DNA of 64,000 bases from Octopus sinensis (GCF_006345805.1 NC_043004.1:22940001-23004000); one strand, 5' to 3'. Positions 25,911 through 39,013 are shown, numbered from the stretch's first letter. The notes: a model not told the origin generated them from the letters alone. Numbers and translations are program-made.

Positions 25911-26916
25911 TCATCTATCATATATATGTATCTATCATATATATATATTGGTGTGTGTGTGTGTGCGTATGTATCTAAATGTATATGCGTGCATGTGTGT
26001 ACAGTTGTATGTATATATTACTTATGCATACATGCATATACATATATACATTCATATATATATATATATATTATATATATATATATATATTATATATATA
26101 TATATTATATATATATATATTAATAGTTATAGTAGGACAATAAAATAATCAATGAGACCTCTATATTATGTAAATAGAGGATTTTATCTGTAATATAAGA
26201 CAAACAAAAATGCTATGAAAATGACTGTTAAACGAAAGGAAAAAATCCGAAGGGGAGAAAGTAAAAAACGCTCATAGAATTCGCGTATGCACGCATGTAT
26301 ATACATACACATGCGCGCACGCATACCCATGTCCATGTGCCTATATGCATATGCTCGCTCATACTCGCGTTAAATACATTCATGCACACCCACAGACACG
26401 CCTATATGTGCACATATATATGCAACCATACACATGTACTCATGTACATATCCGTACACATGTACATATCCGCACACAGGCACACTCGCACACGTACACA
26501 ATCCTACGGGCACATTTATATTCATATACATGTCTAAAAGAATCATATGCTATATAAGCATATGCTCACACTCGCGTGAAACACATGCGTGCACACCCAC
26601 ACATACACACGTATATGTATACCTAATATATGCAGCCATACACATGTACACATATACATGCCTGCCCACACGCAAACACACACACGTATATACCCATACG
26701 CACATGAACATAAAATGCAGGGTGAGAGGTAATATACAGAAAAATACGTTAAAATATATAAAGGAATAAAAATATATGTAAAAATATATAAAAATATATA
26801 TATATATAAATAGAGAGAGATAAAATGCTTGTACCTGGACACAATATAAAAAGCAGGTTCTATCTGTGATCTTGGGGAGATGGGGGGCCAAAAACGTAAC
26901 AAATATTTAGTAAATA

Positions 26917-27102
26917 TGGACATGAACCAAAAAGTTCAGTTCTTGAATTTAGACATGTAGCGGGGTTTAAGCTGCTTTTCCAGATGAGCTATCTTTCTAT
27001 ATTACAAAGACCGCACTTTCCACTGTCGTTGGTGTAAGGCTTACACTTGGCTAACATCTTCCAATGGATGTTGCAACTGACACCTTTTTCTTTTATGGAC
27101 CA
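26917..27102 (-). mobile_element. Penelope-like element GIY-YIG endonuclease C-terminal region (pseudo)
   Basis: WSIKEKGVSCNIHWKMLAKCKPYTNDSGKCGLCNIER*LIWKSSLNPATCLNSRTELFGSCP matches the W.I....KPY....C.LC..E...I......LN.R.EL...C pattern of PLE GIY-YIG C-termini. Confidence 0.8.
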
Positions 27103-27313
27103 TATATGAATGGATACTTTGATAGTTTTTCTTTTATTCCAGTGTCTGAAACTGAAGGTGTGATTGTTGAACCTGATTTTAAAATTCCCCTTCGGGTTTT
27201 TTCCCTTTATTTAACGGTCAATCTGATAGTTCTTTCGTTTGTCTTAATAACGGTCATTTACTTAGTAATTTCCCTTTGTTTAACAGTCATTTTCATAGCA
27301 TTTTTGTTTGTCT

Positions 27314-27376
27314 TAATAACTGACGAGATGCCGGAGCAAGTTTCCTCTCCGACATCCGAAACTCGCAGTTCTATTA
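27314..27376 (+). ncRNA. Minimal type I hammerhead ribozyme, near-intact
   Basis: taataa-CTGACGA(27320-26)-gatgccggag/ctccgacatc (9 of 10 bp)-c-GAAAC(27358-62)-tcgca-GTT-ctatta; one extra C before GAAA and an A.C mismatch at the first stem I pair. Confidence 0.65.
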
Positions 27377-28996
27377 TAGAGAGCAATCAAGATAAACTTT
27401 CAAAGTGGAGGTCTTACTGATAAAACGAAACCCATTTTATTACTATCAATAAATTTCCAAATAAGAATTATAAGTGAATGTTTTTATGATTATACCTGCA
27501 CCAAATGCAGATAAATTACATAAATGCTGAGAACACTGTGAATACTTGGAAATGAGATTATTACCTGTACAGAAGCCACTGCTTTCAAATCCAAAGTGCG
27601 ATATGTCAAAACGTACGGATAGCAAATTTAAATAATTTTATTCAATTGAAGACTAAGAATGTATCCATTTGTAATGCACTGAAAGATGTCTAAGCGTTGC
27701 CATAAATTTAGGAAGTGCTTTCCTTATGGTTCTGGTTTGGATCCACGATGCCGCCCGCTCAGATGGTTTATCTCACCAAAACAAGTCATTCAAAGCTTTC
27801 AAACTGAAAGTGTGTTAACTACTCTGAGTGGAAGTCATCAGAGAGGAACGAACTGCGCCTATTATTCAACGATATATTTGCTTTGACGTCGCAAATGTTA
27901 ACCGATAGATGCCTTTACCAAAATGCATTCTGCTGCAAGCAGTCGGACCAATTTCTAGTTTGAGGACAGATCCATTCCTCCGTACAACAAATTCCAGCCC
28001 CTTAAAATATTCATGAAAGCTAGTTCTCTTTCTCTGAAAAAGTCATTAATACCTAAGATAGTTTATTGTAAATGCCGAACAAAAACACCATCCACATGTC
28101 TTCAGAAAAGAATCGAAACTGCCAAAACAGTTTAAGATATGATACAGTTCAACACATGATTTTTACTGCAAATTATGAAAAACCATGCAACTGATTCAAT
28201 AAGATTCTGCTGTAAATATTTCAATTTAACATTTCTAATTATTATACGCCTGCGACAGTTAGGGTTCTATTTATCTTCGGAGCATAACAATTCAACATTG
28301 GAATACTTTCCTGTGGGATATACTCTATCTTATCCAGTCCCTTCATCAAACTTCCGATATTTTCACAATTATATATGCATGTATGTGTTTAGTTTTGCGT
28401 ACGTCGTTCTATCTATCATGATTTTGTGTCTGTATGCGATATGTTAAAGAGACATGATAAACACTTCAGACAGAAAATTTATGAATATATACAATTTTCA
28501 ATTTTATTGTATTTGCTATTATATTTTAATTCTAAGCGTTCATTTATACATTATTTTATGATTTCACAAATCTGTCATATAATAACAGTAATAGGTTGAT
28601 GACTGTCAACCACTTTCTGATGTAAAAGATTAGCTTATTTGATGTAAGTCAAAACTATTGTCTATAATTTTAGATTGAATATAAATTTAGCTTTTGTTCA
28701 GCCAATTCTATAGTAGGAACTATAATAAAATGCCAACATTTTAAGAGAATTTTCACAAGTGATCATCTTGATACATAATAGGAAATATAAATATTGAGTG
28801 ATCCGTATATACATACATACATACATTTATGTATGTATGTATGTATGTATGTATGTATGTATGTATGTATGTATGTATGTATGAATGCTACATCGCCTGA
28901 TCGTAAGTCCCACACATGCGAAGGCTACGACCATTTAATTTTGTGATAGGTTTTACTTTTTTAAGCAGTGCTTGTGAATGATGATTTTTGTATAAG

Positions 28997-29237
28997 ATGG
29001 GAAAGGATTTGCACAAATCCAATCCCACTCTCTAAACATGGACTGGACAACATAAACTCGAAAAGAAGAACTAGTCTACATCATCGAATATTGTCAGTGT
29101 CGCAGGTTTCCTCTCAAAGGGGCCAACCATGCGGCTGGACACCAACTCAGATATTTCCACGTCCCCGCACATACATGCATACATACACGTGTTCACATGT
29201 TGTTTGATGATCGTTGACTGATCTTCCACCCTTTGAC
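28997..29237 (+). repeat. Unclassified dispersed repeat, homologous to 48510-48805 (opposite strand)
   Basis: Shared aaatccaatc.cact...ggacaacataa.ctcgaaaagaa...tatttccacgt.cccgc.catacat...accctttgac. Confidence 0.7.
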
Positions 29238-29999
29238 AAGTCTTATATATATATATATATACAACACGCACATTGTGGAGTATTGCTATCATGATTATAA
29301 CTTTATGAATTCGATTCCTGACCGAGCGTTGCGTTGTATTCTCGAGCGCTTTGCTCCGGTGCGGTTTTATACGCCAGAGAATCCGGAGGACCGTCAACTA
29401 TATACTTATGGCTCGTGAATCGTCTTTTAATCCTTTTAGAGAAGTATTTATCAGGTCAATTTTAATGTTGTTCATGACAGGAAACAACACACTATAACTC
29501 GTCAGTGTTTACACCTTCAGTGACTAAATCGACGACTTTACCAAATCTATTTCGTAAAGAGGGTGGATCTTGACGAAGAAACAAATCCTGTCAGTGAGAT
29601 CAATGTCTTTATTAAATGTCTTTATTAAAACATCTTCCTAGGATGATTTATTTTCAATGTGTGTAAGTTCTTTTCTTTCGTCAAACGCATATGTTGTTTA
29701 AAGAGGGGAATTGGCAGAGGAGAATGCCTTTCCTTACTTCAGGCACATATATCACTTTGTCTTTATCATTTCTAATATATATTGCTTATTATAGCTTGCC
29801 GTAGGCATGACCGGCCAAAGACTGAACAACAAACTCCATGATGGAATGAAGGCGTAGGTGATAAACTCTGAACACTTGTTGCGAGAGGCAGTTATTGTTG
29901 GCATACCTGTACTGCTCATGTTTATAATAACCATCAAGGTTATCGAAATGAAGTTGCAGTCAATCTATATATATATATATATATGTGTGTGGTGTGTGT

Positions 30000-30004
30000 G
30001 TATT

Positions 30005-30042
<38 letters not shown>

Positions 30043-30205
30043 GATTATATATAATATATATGTATATTATATATATATGTATATTATATATATATATATA
30101 TATATATATGTATAATATATATGTATAATATATATATATATATATATATTGTAGTATATATATATATATATATTATATATGATATATGTATATATATATA
30201 TGTGT

Positions 30206-30250
<45 letters not shown>

Positions 30251-30301
30251 GTTATATATATATATAATATATATATTATATATATATTATATATATATGT
30301 A

Positions 30302-30332
<31 letters not shown>

Positions 30333-30375
30333 ATGTATTATATTATAATATATATATGTATGTATATATATATTG

Positions 30376-30410
<35 letters not shown>

Positions 30411-30516
30411 GTGTTATATATATATATATATATATGTGTATATATATATATATTAATTATATGTATATATATATTATATATACATGTATATATATATATA
30501 TATATATACATGTATA

Positions 30517-30612
<96 letters not shown>

Positions 30613-30620
30613 TATACATG

Positions 30621-30650
<30 letters not shown>
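30000..30650. repeat. Imperfect (TA)n tract
   Basis: Directly visible; similar tracts at about 18080-18440, 32120-32400, 35150-35530, 41820-42290, 48910-49240, 54300-54540 and 59050-59330. Confidence 0.95.
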
Positions 30651-30651
<1 letters not shown>

Positions 30652-30955
30652 ATAGAGTGTTTTTACTGTGACAGTTGTGTCCATTGTCACTTCAAAGTGA
30701 GATAAACAGAGAGAGACACACAGGCTGTCATTGGTAAATTACTTTTATGGGAATGACTGAGAATGTAATTTTAACTGGTCTGCTAGTTAGAAAATGGTGA
30801 TGGAGACTGAAATAAAAGAAAATATATCCTTCTTGTCTGAAGCCGATATTTATCTACATAAGCCTGGATGTTTTGTATAATGCTATTCATGAATTTAGAT
30901 ACTGGAGTGCTTCATTTATTATATGGTGGCAATGAAGAGTGGCACGTGTATGTGT

Positions 30956-31007
<52 letters not shown>

Positions 31008-32122
31008 ACAGAGCAGGGGAGAGAGGAAAATGGTTATTTTGCTAATAAATCACATACACTGGCTCTTGCTTAATTTGTCATCGATTGAAGAAAAATTGTT
31101 TCTTCATGCAGTTGTACCCTTTCCTTATAAATTCTCCGCCTCTGTATTTCTCCATGGACATTTGCATAAATATATATTTTATAAGTGGTCGCTATAAGTA
31201 TGTATAGAAGCAGACACACTGGTACTTATTTACAATTATTATTCACGACATTGGAAACCTCTAAGTGATCGCTCAATCTTTAGTAAAAACAGCCAAATGT
31301 CAATCACATGACATTCAATTAACTTTACAAACGAAGGATATATAAATCAACTAGAGCTACTCTCTGAAATGACCCCCTAACATATGCATGAACACTAGTT
31401 CTTTTTCACTGATGATCAACAATGGACCTCTTTTGATCATATATTTGCTTACACTAGATATATGTTTTATATCTGACACCTCCATTCAAATTACATAAAC
31501 TATATATCCAAAAATATTTATCTAAACATCATAATTATATTTCCCTTTATACACTTAAAGCTGCATAATTGATAAACATATCTACGCAATATGAACATTT
31601 TATTCATAAGTAACCATCGTCTTTTAAAGGGAGTTAGTTTAATAGATAAGGTAATTCCGAAATAGTCACTTATGAATAGGTTTAATCACAAGCCTAAGAT
31701 ATATAAGACGGACTGCAGGCCTTATACATCTTGTACTAAAATGTCTTTATTCTAATCATTTACGCATTCCGCAATTCTTGCATATTTCACTTGCAGAATA
31801 TTATATTTTGTATTTAATGTCTTCTTAACATTTTTAAACAGATACTTTTATTCCTATTAATAGTAGTTTCTGCTGATAAATAATCCGTCCTAGTAATTTA
31901 ATGCCAACTATAATTCCTAAGCTGTAATTCTGAACTCTATAGCTAAAATGTACGAAGAAGATAGAAATAGCAGGGAGTTATCCCGGTATAAAATCGGATT
32001 GAATGCTCAGAAATTCTTGGGACAATCGGTTTAACTTACAACTCTTTTCAATAAGATACAATGATATTATCAGGCGAAATTAGACATAGATACCTCATTC
32101 AAACATTATATATTCACATATT

Positions 32123-32153
<31 letters not shown>

Positions 32154-32169
32154 CATATATATATATAAA

Positions 32170-32240
<71 letters not shown>

Positions 32241-33024
32241 TCACATATTTATAATATATATACACTCATATATATATATATATTACATATATATATATAT
32301 ACATACATGGATCTATATATATACACATACATGGATCTATATATATATATATATATATATATAATTATATATATATATAATATATATATATATATTACAT
32401 AATCGCCATAAAATTATATACCAGTATTTGCCGTATTAGTATCGGTATAATCTTCTATCTTCAAATAAATATGTTGCTCTGCCCTTTTAATTTACTTTAA
32501 TCCTTGCTCATTGTTATTTCTACGACACTTACTTAAAACCATATCACTGCTGTATTTCCAATCTTGTCTTTTCCCATTCTAAAATTAGTTATTAGGATAT
32601 GAAGACATGCAACCGAATATTACGAACCGACTGGTAGACAATGTTTATGGTACTCATTTCATATACAACTCCTACTTACATCTAACGTGGAGTATAATTT
32701 TAAACACTATAGCAAAATTTCTTCGAAGTTCCTCTCCGAGTTTATGGAATTTCTTCATTGCGGATAAGAAGATATTTTATTAGTTTACATTTGTAGAGTT
32801 TACTATTCTAAGCTGAGAATAATGTTCATGCCTCATCCCAAGAATTACAAGTTCATATTTCAGTTTCGAGATTGACTTATTTAATTTCATTTATTTATTG
32901 ATTTATTTATTTTTTATCAGATTGAAACATTTTCTAGTCGGCAGAGATACTGAGCATGAAATCTGTTTGGGACACATAACAAAGGTTTTAACGATGACGA
33001 ATACTTTTCCTTCATAAATTTAGG

Positions 33025-33198
33025 CGCAGTAGCAAGCAAACTTTTTACCTGTGTAGTAAGAAATTTGCTTGCCAACCATATAGTTCCGAGTTCAGTTCAC
33101 TACGTGACGCATTGTACAAATTTCCTTTCCTGTGACTTAGGGCCGACCAAAGCCTTGAACGTGGATTTATGAGACGAGACGGGAAAGACATATGCTGT

Positions 33199-33200
<2 letters not shown>
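33025..33200 (+). mobile_element. tRNA-like SINE family A, degraded
   Basis: cctgtgtagtaagaaatttgcttgccaaccatatagttccgagttcagtt...gggccgaccaaagccttg. Confidence 0.7.
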
Positions 33201-33235
<35 letters not shown>

Positions 33236-34794
33236 GCAGGCAGACAGACAGACAGACAGACAGACAGAGATAGATACATACATACATACATACATACATA
33301 CATACATACATACATACATACATAGTTAGGTATGTAATGTCTGTGTGCTTGTGTGTGTGGTAATGAATAGATAAGCCACCAAGTGGATATGTTTAGATAC
33401 ATAGTTTTATATAGTAAATCATTCAATGGAGTATTACTTCATATATTCATCAGATTTGAAATAATGGGATATGTGACTCTTTTCTGTAATATATCTGAAT
33501 GTTTTCTTCTTGTCTCAGTGGATAAAATAGATATTTTAAATAGCTATATGGACTTTAAGTTCAAGAAGATAACGAAATTGATATTTTAGGTTAAATCAAT
33601 CAGTAAAGAGTTGAATACCTTTGCTCAAAACTATTTCTTTATGCAGATCACTTCGTGCAGTAAGATTGAAATACTTTAGAAGTAAAGGTTTGGCATAGAA
33701 TATATGTATGAAACCATTTATATGAGCTCATTAATATTAACAGTGGCGCGCTTCTGTGAATATATACCACACAGAAATTTTCTTTCTATTTCTCTATTCA
33801 TTTTCTGAAGCTATACCAAAATGACAACAAAATAAAGAAAACTACCTGAACATGGGAACAACAAATAATTGGACATATTTCTCATGAGAAAAATAGGCAA
33901 TTTTGATTTAGTACAGAAAATGAGAGTTGTTAATCATTACAGTAAAAACATTTATAAATATAACCCTTTGTCTGCCTCCTGTTTATCTAAACTTGTTTGA
34001 ATAGGAAATGCCTAACGTCTACACTGTGTGTTAGTCGATTGCAGGTTAATTGTCCCCGAGGAAATGGCATTTTTACCGACGAAGATAGCTTTCACATCCA
34101 AATGTAGAGTATTTTATAGGCACTTGTCTCGTTAAGCTAATCTGTTCTACCCGCTTTCAAATGCAGACAACTACGTGTAAGGATTTTAATGCCAAAACTA
34201 TATTGCTGCTATTCGAGTTACAAATATTGTGTTGCTAATCCTACAGACTTCGTTCTCATATTTCCCTTAGGATGTATAAGATAAATTAAACAAGTGGAGA
34301 AAAGAAGAAGATATAGGTATATAGAAAAGAGGGATGAATCAAGAGATTAAGAGAAGCGGTGCGTGAGAAAGAGTGTCAGACCTGTGTGACGTCAACGCCT
34401 GGATCAAATATCTGAAGAATTGCATCAATCGAAATATGCCGACAATTGTAATAGAAAGTATAGAAACTAAATATCAGGAGGTTTATTACAAGGAATAATA
34501 TATTTCTTCTGTGTATAAAGATTGATGATTTATAGAATGAAGCGACAATGCAATAATTGAATATATCGAACGTTTGATAGGGATTCTGTGAAAGAGATGC
34601 ACCATATCTATGAGGGAAATGAATTTTGTATGCACTAAATCAAATACACCCTCACGATAATGCACTCATACATACCGGCCAAATTCGCATACAAACACAC
34701 ACGGATGCACATATACACATAGATAAACAGTTAGAGAAACCGATAGATAAACCGCCAGACAGGCAGAGAGAGACAGGCAGACAGACAGCTAGAC

Positions 34795-34868
<74 letters not shown>
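34795..34868. repeat. (GATA)n tetranucleotide microsatellite
   Basis: Directly visible; others at about 36033-36065 and 39150-39280. Confidence 0.95.
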
Positions 34869-34869
<1 letters not shown>

Positions 34870-34916
34870 GGGATGGATGGGAAACAAAATGGAAATCACA
34901 AGATTATTTATTCAAG

Positions 34917-35020
34917 ACCACTGCAAGTGTTTCGTCTCATTCTTGCATAGATCAGATAGGTAAGATGTTGTGCAATCAATGTCTAGTATCAACGGTGTAG
35001 AATGTACCTCGTCAGATGGC
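34917..35020 (-). ncRNA. Decayed type I hammerhead motif
   Basis: Minus strand: gccat-CTGACGA-ggtacattct...agaatgagac-GAAAC-actt-GCA-gtggt; the cleavage triplet is GCA instead of GTA. Confidence 0.5.
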
Positions 35021-35068
35021 TTTTAAGCGAGATCCTTGCTATATGATCTTGAAGAAAGAATCGCGTGA

Positions 35069-35187
35069 ATTCCATTTTCTCTCCTTAATCTCGTTATATA
35101 AACCCTACAACACAACAGAATATGACCTAACTATCTATATGTTAATATACATGTATATATATAGTGTAATGTATAAGGTATATATAA

Positions 35188-35238
<51 letters not shown>

Positions 35239-35343
35239 GTATTATATATATATCTATTATATATGTTATATATGTATATATAATATATGTATATATATAT
35301 AGTATATATATATATATATACATATAATATATACATATATACT

Positions 35344-35374
<31 letters not shown>

Positions 35375-35391
35375 ATATACATATATATTAC

Positions 35392-35422
<31 letters not shown>

Positions 35423-35600
35423 CATATATAATATACATATATATATAATATATATATATAATATAATACATATACATATATATATAATATACATATACAT
35501 ATACATATATATATACATATATATTATACATATAGATAGTTAGGTCATATTCTTGTGTGTTGTAGGGTTTATTAACGAGATTAAGGAGAGAAAATGGAAT
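35069..35600. repeat. About 72-bp inverted repeats enclosing a (TA)-rich spacer
   Basis: attccattttctctccttaatctcgtt...gacctaactatctatatg (35069-35141) versus catatagatagttaggtc...aacgagattaaggagagaaaatggaat (35529-35600). Confidence 0.85.
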
Positions 35601-36031
35601 ATATTATATAATTATATATATATATAATTAAAGAGAACAGAAACTTATATATACTGTTTTATACTGCAGTTAATCACGTCTTTCCATTTCTGTACCTACA
35701 TATGCTTTTGTAGTAACCCAGTGCGCTCTATAAAATTTTGCATCTTGTGCATTTTGGTGTTAATTACTGATACGGCTTCTTCGAGGTACTAGTAACCGCA
35801 CTTCACATTCTATTAGAACTAATACCAGTCCAACCAAAATATTTCATACACTGGTAGCAAATTGTTTGCAAATTATATATATATATATATAATCAGAAAA
35901 TGGAGAAAACTTTGCATCAACCAACACATCAATAGGACCACATCTGTAGATTATTTTTTGATACCAAACATGACATAGCAATTCTTACGGCTGTTTCCGC
36001 TTCCGAAATATTACAGGACAATGGTAGACGC

Positions 36032-36081
<50 letters not shown>

Positions 36082-36501
36082 AAAATGTAGGTCAACTTTT
36101 TTTATTCTATATAGACAATATTCTCTTATTTATGCTTCTCTATTTTTTCATCACTAATTGACAATTATATTTAAAATGTTTTTGGCACCAACTCGTTATG
36201 GAGGAAAACAGAAAAGATTGCTTTGAACATCACTTTACATTTTACTGTTGTTAAATTTTTCCTTTTTTTGCATCAAAATCTTCTTATACTACATATTTAT
36301 CTAAAAATATTCCTCTTCGAATCATTTTAAGCTCTTGCTATTTTCTCATTATCCTGTTTCCATGAACAAATTATCTCTTTTATAAAAATTTCCCCCAAGA
36401 AATCATCTACCCTGAACTCATTACTATATGTATGTGTGCGTGTGTATGTGTCTGTCTGTCAGTACACGAGTGAGAGCTGAAAATGCCCTGACTTTAAGAG
36501 T

Positions 36502-37068
36502 ATCACGGTGTCCTCTGTCCTGCAAAGGGAGATCATTCCCCGAAGAAGCGGATGCCACATACGGACCCAGGTTTCAAGGTATTTGCCTATCGTCAACGTA
36601 TGGCAGGCATCTGGTGACGTTGATGATCGCCTGGGGCTAAATGCATCAGTAACACCCCCACCGCCCTGCCCTGTCCCTAGCCACATTCAAATGGCTAATG
36701 TCCCTTATGTGATGGAGTAGTTACTGTCTATATCTCGTTTAGAGAATTATTATTGCTGTCGAACAGATTTTCGAAATCAGTAAATGTATTTACGTGAAAA
36801 TCTATATATAAATATCCTGCACATGAAGTTGTTCGTCGAGGAGCGGTGCCTGCCATACGTTGACGATAGGCAAATACCTTGAAACCTGGGTCCGTATGTG
36901 GCATCCGCTTCTTCGGGGAATGATCTCCCTTTGCAGGATAGAGGACACCGTGATGGTGTCAGCCTATCTGGTGACGTTGATGATCGCCTGGGGCTAAATG
37001 CATCAGTAACACCCCCACCGCCCTGCCCTGTCCCTAGCCACATTCAAATGGCTAATGTTCCTTATGTG
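36502..37068. repeat. Local inversion plus direct duplication (A,B,spacer,A-inverted,B)
   Basis: A=36502-36609 versus the reverse complement of 36847-36954 (107/108 identical); B=36609-36711 versus 36966-37068 (102/103 identical). Confidence 0.92.
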
Positions 37069-37226
37069 GTATATATATATATGGAGGCATAAATAGGAGA
37101 TAGAAAAGGAATGAATTTGACTAAATTAATTTAACTAAATCTGACAGAAATGTAAAAATGTTCTAAACTGGAATCCTGCTATGTGAAATATGAAAGTAAG
37201 AGTAAAAATGAAATGATAGATGTAAA

Positions 37227-37410
37227 GTGACATCTGAAGGTAATGAATACTTTTACATCGGCGAGACATCATTTATTTTCAATATGAGACTAGCAGATCA
37301 TTTGAGTTCATTCAGAGATAATAAATTATTCCAAACAAGACTTAGGAAATTAATCTGGTCTATTAAGGACAGAAACAAAGACTATCAATTGAAAATTAAT
37401 TTTTACTATA
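37227..37410 (+). mobile_element. Penelope-like GIY-YIG endonuclease fragment
   Basis: EYFYIGETSFIFNMRLADHLSSFRDNKLFQTRLRKLIWSIKD contains the YIG.T...F..R...H..SF...T.L...IW.IK signature. Confidence 0.8.
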
Positions 37411-37462
37411 ATATAAATATTAAAAGAATTAAAGATAATGCTATGCAACTTCGTAATAATCC

Positions 37463-37509
<47 letters not shown>

Positions 37510-37607
37510 GTAGTTGGTTCTTTTGATACATATATATATATAAGAATTTTTTGCGTAATAAGATAAAAAAACCAAGCCTGTGTAGATATTAGAACATTTA
37601 TAGATAG

Positions 37608-37659
37608 GTCTTACAGCTGTTTCCATGATATTTATTAATTATAACCCTTCATCGGAGAC
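37608..37659 (-). ncRNA. Decayed type I hammerhead motif
   Basis: Minus strand: gtct-CCGATGA-a-gggttat...atcatg-GAAAC-agct-GTA-agac; palindromic loop III, U4C change and eroded stem II. Confidence 0.55.
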
Positions 37660-37858
37660 GGTGTGAGAGGATGATTAAGTCATAGTTAGTTTAGATGTGA
37701 TACAAAATAGAGAGTGAGGGGGGAATATTGATGCAAGATATGTACGGATATAGTAATTGTAAATCCATATTTTATGCAAGATATGTATGGATATTGAAGT
37801 TGTAAATCCATTTTAGGCAGAATGTATATATGTAATATTCCAATATATATATATATAT

Positions 37859-37955
<97 letters not shown>

Positions 37956-38289
37956 CAGTTACTAAATAAATACACATTCTTCAGAACTCCATCAGGTCCA
38001 TGGTAGAGCAACACTAGATGTATATTTCTTATTTACTGTGTATGATTATATTTTTTCTATCCTTATCTCAGAAATTCATTAAGTGCAATTTTCTATAGTA
38101 TATCGACATTTCTTATAATTATTCATAGCATGAAACGAATATGTAAACATAGTGATTATGGAAATGACTAAATGGGTTTCTGCTAATGTTTTTATAATTG
38201 GAGTAAATTTTCAACAAGAAAGATATGTTTCAATTCAACTTACAATATTGGAGAACAGTCGGTTACACAGGCTCCAGCGTTACACTTAT

Positions 38290-38600
38290 CGTTATTTAAT
38301 CTATCCGGTAAGGATGAATGGTTAAGTTGACCTCAGTGTTTTAGCACTCAGAATGTAAACAGCTGTGAAAAATGTCGGTGACAGAATCGTTAGCTGGGCG
38401 AGCAATATTCTTAGAGACATTTTGTCCGTCATCACGTTTGTAGATCAACTTACGTCGAGGTCGAATTTGCCTTCCCCACCTTCCTTGAAATAGTGACTGT
38501 GTGACAAAATTTAAAACATCGATCTCGCCAATGCTTGAACTCAAAGCATAAATCGCTAAGCATTTAGTCAGCGGAGCTAATGATTCTGCCCACACGAAGC
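38290..38600. mobile_element. Cluster of degraded SINE family B fragments in both orientations
   Basis: ggtgacagaatcgttagc...gaggtcgaatttgccttc (+) and gctaagcatttagtcagcggagctaatgattctgcc (-). Confidence 0.6.
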
Positions 38601-38981
38601 CTTAATTCATTTTGTAGATATTGTAATATTTATTGTTGTGTCAAATCAGCTTTATAAGTCATAAGTTATTGTTGCCGTTGTTACATCTACTGTTTTACAT
38701 CTAATCAAACTCATTAGCGAATCCAGTTGAGTCATTCGCTTTCTTTTCAAACATAGTATATTTAATATAGTATATCTAGAATTATGTCATCTAAAAAAAC
38801 CTTCCATATATATATATATATATATGAGTAGGTAGGGTTTGAAAGATACACATAATGGCTTCTCATTTTTGTGGCTTGTTCTTCTTTCAGTCTGAGCAAA
38901 ATAAGAACTACGCGGTTAGGAAGCGAAATTATTGTCCACATATGTAAAATGGATACACATATATATGCGTGAGTGCATAAT

Positions 38982-39013
<32 letters not shown>

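Noticed and set aside
27064-27420. 118-aa ORF with a transmembrane-like hydrophobic stretch
   Set aside because: It overlaps the antisense of a PLE GIY-YIG remnant and its T-rich terminal repeat and hammerhead; the hydrophobicity comes from base composition.
35650-35880. Minus-strand YRAHWVTTKAYVGTE resembling a GIY-YIG start
   Set aside because: Too short and divergent to support without a profile search.
36620-36711. TGATGA box C-like motif in duplicated segment B suggesting a C/D snoRNA
   Set aside because: No box D (CTGA) or terminal stem at a suitable distance.
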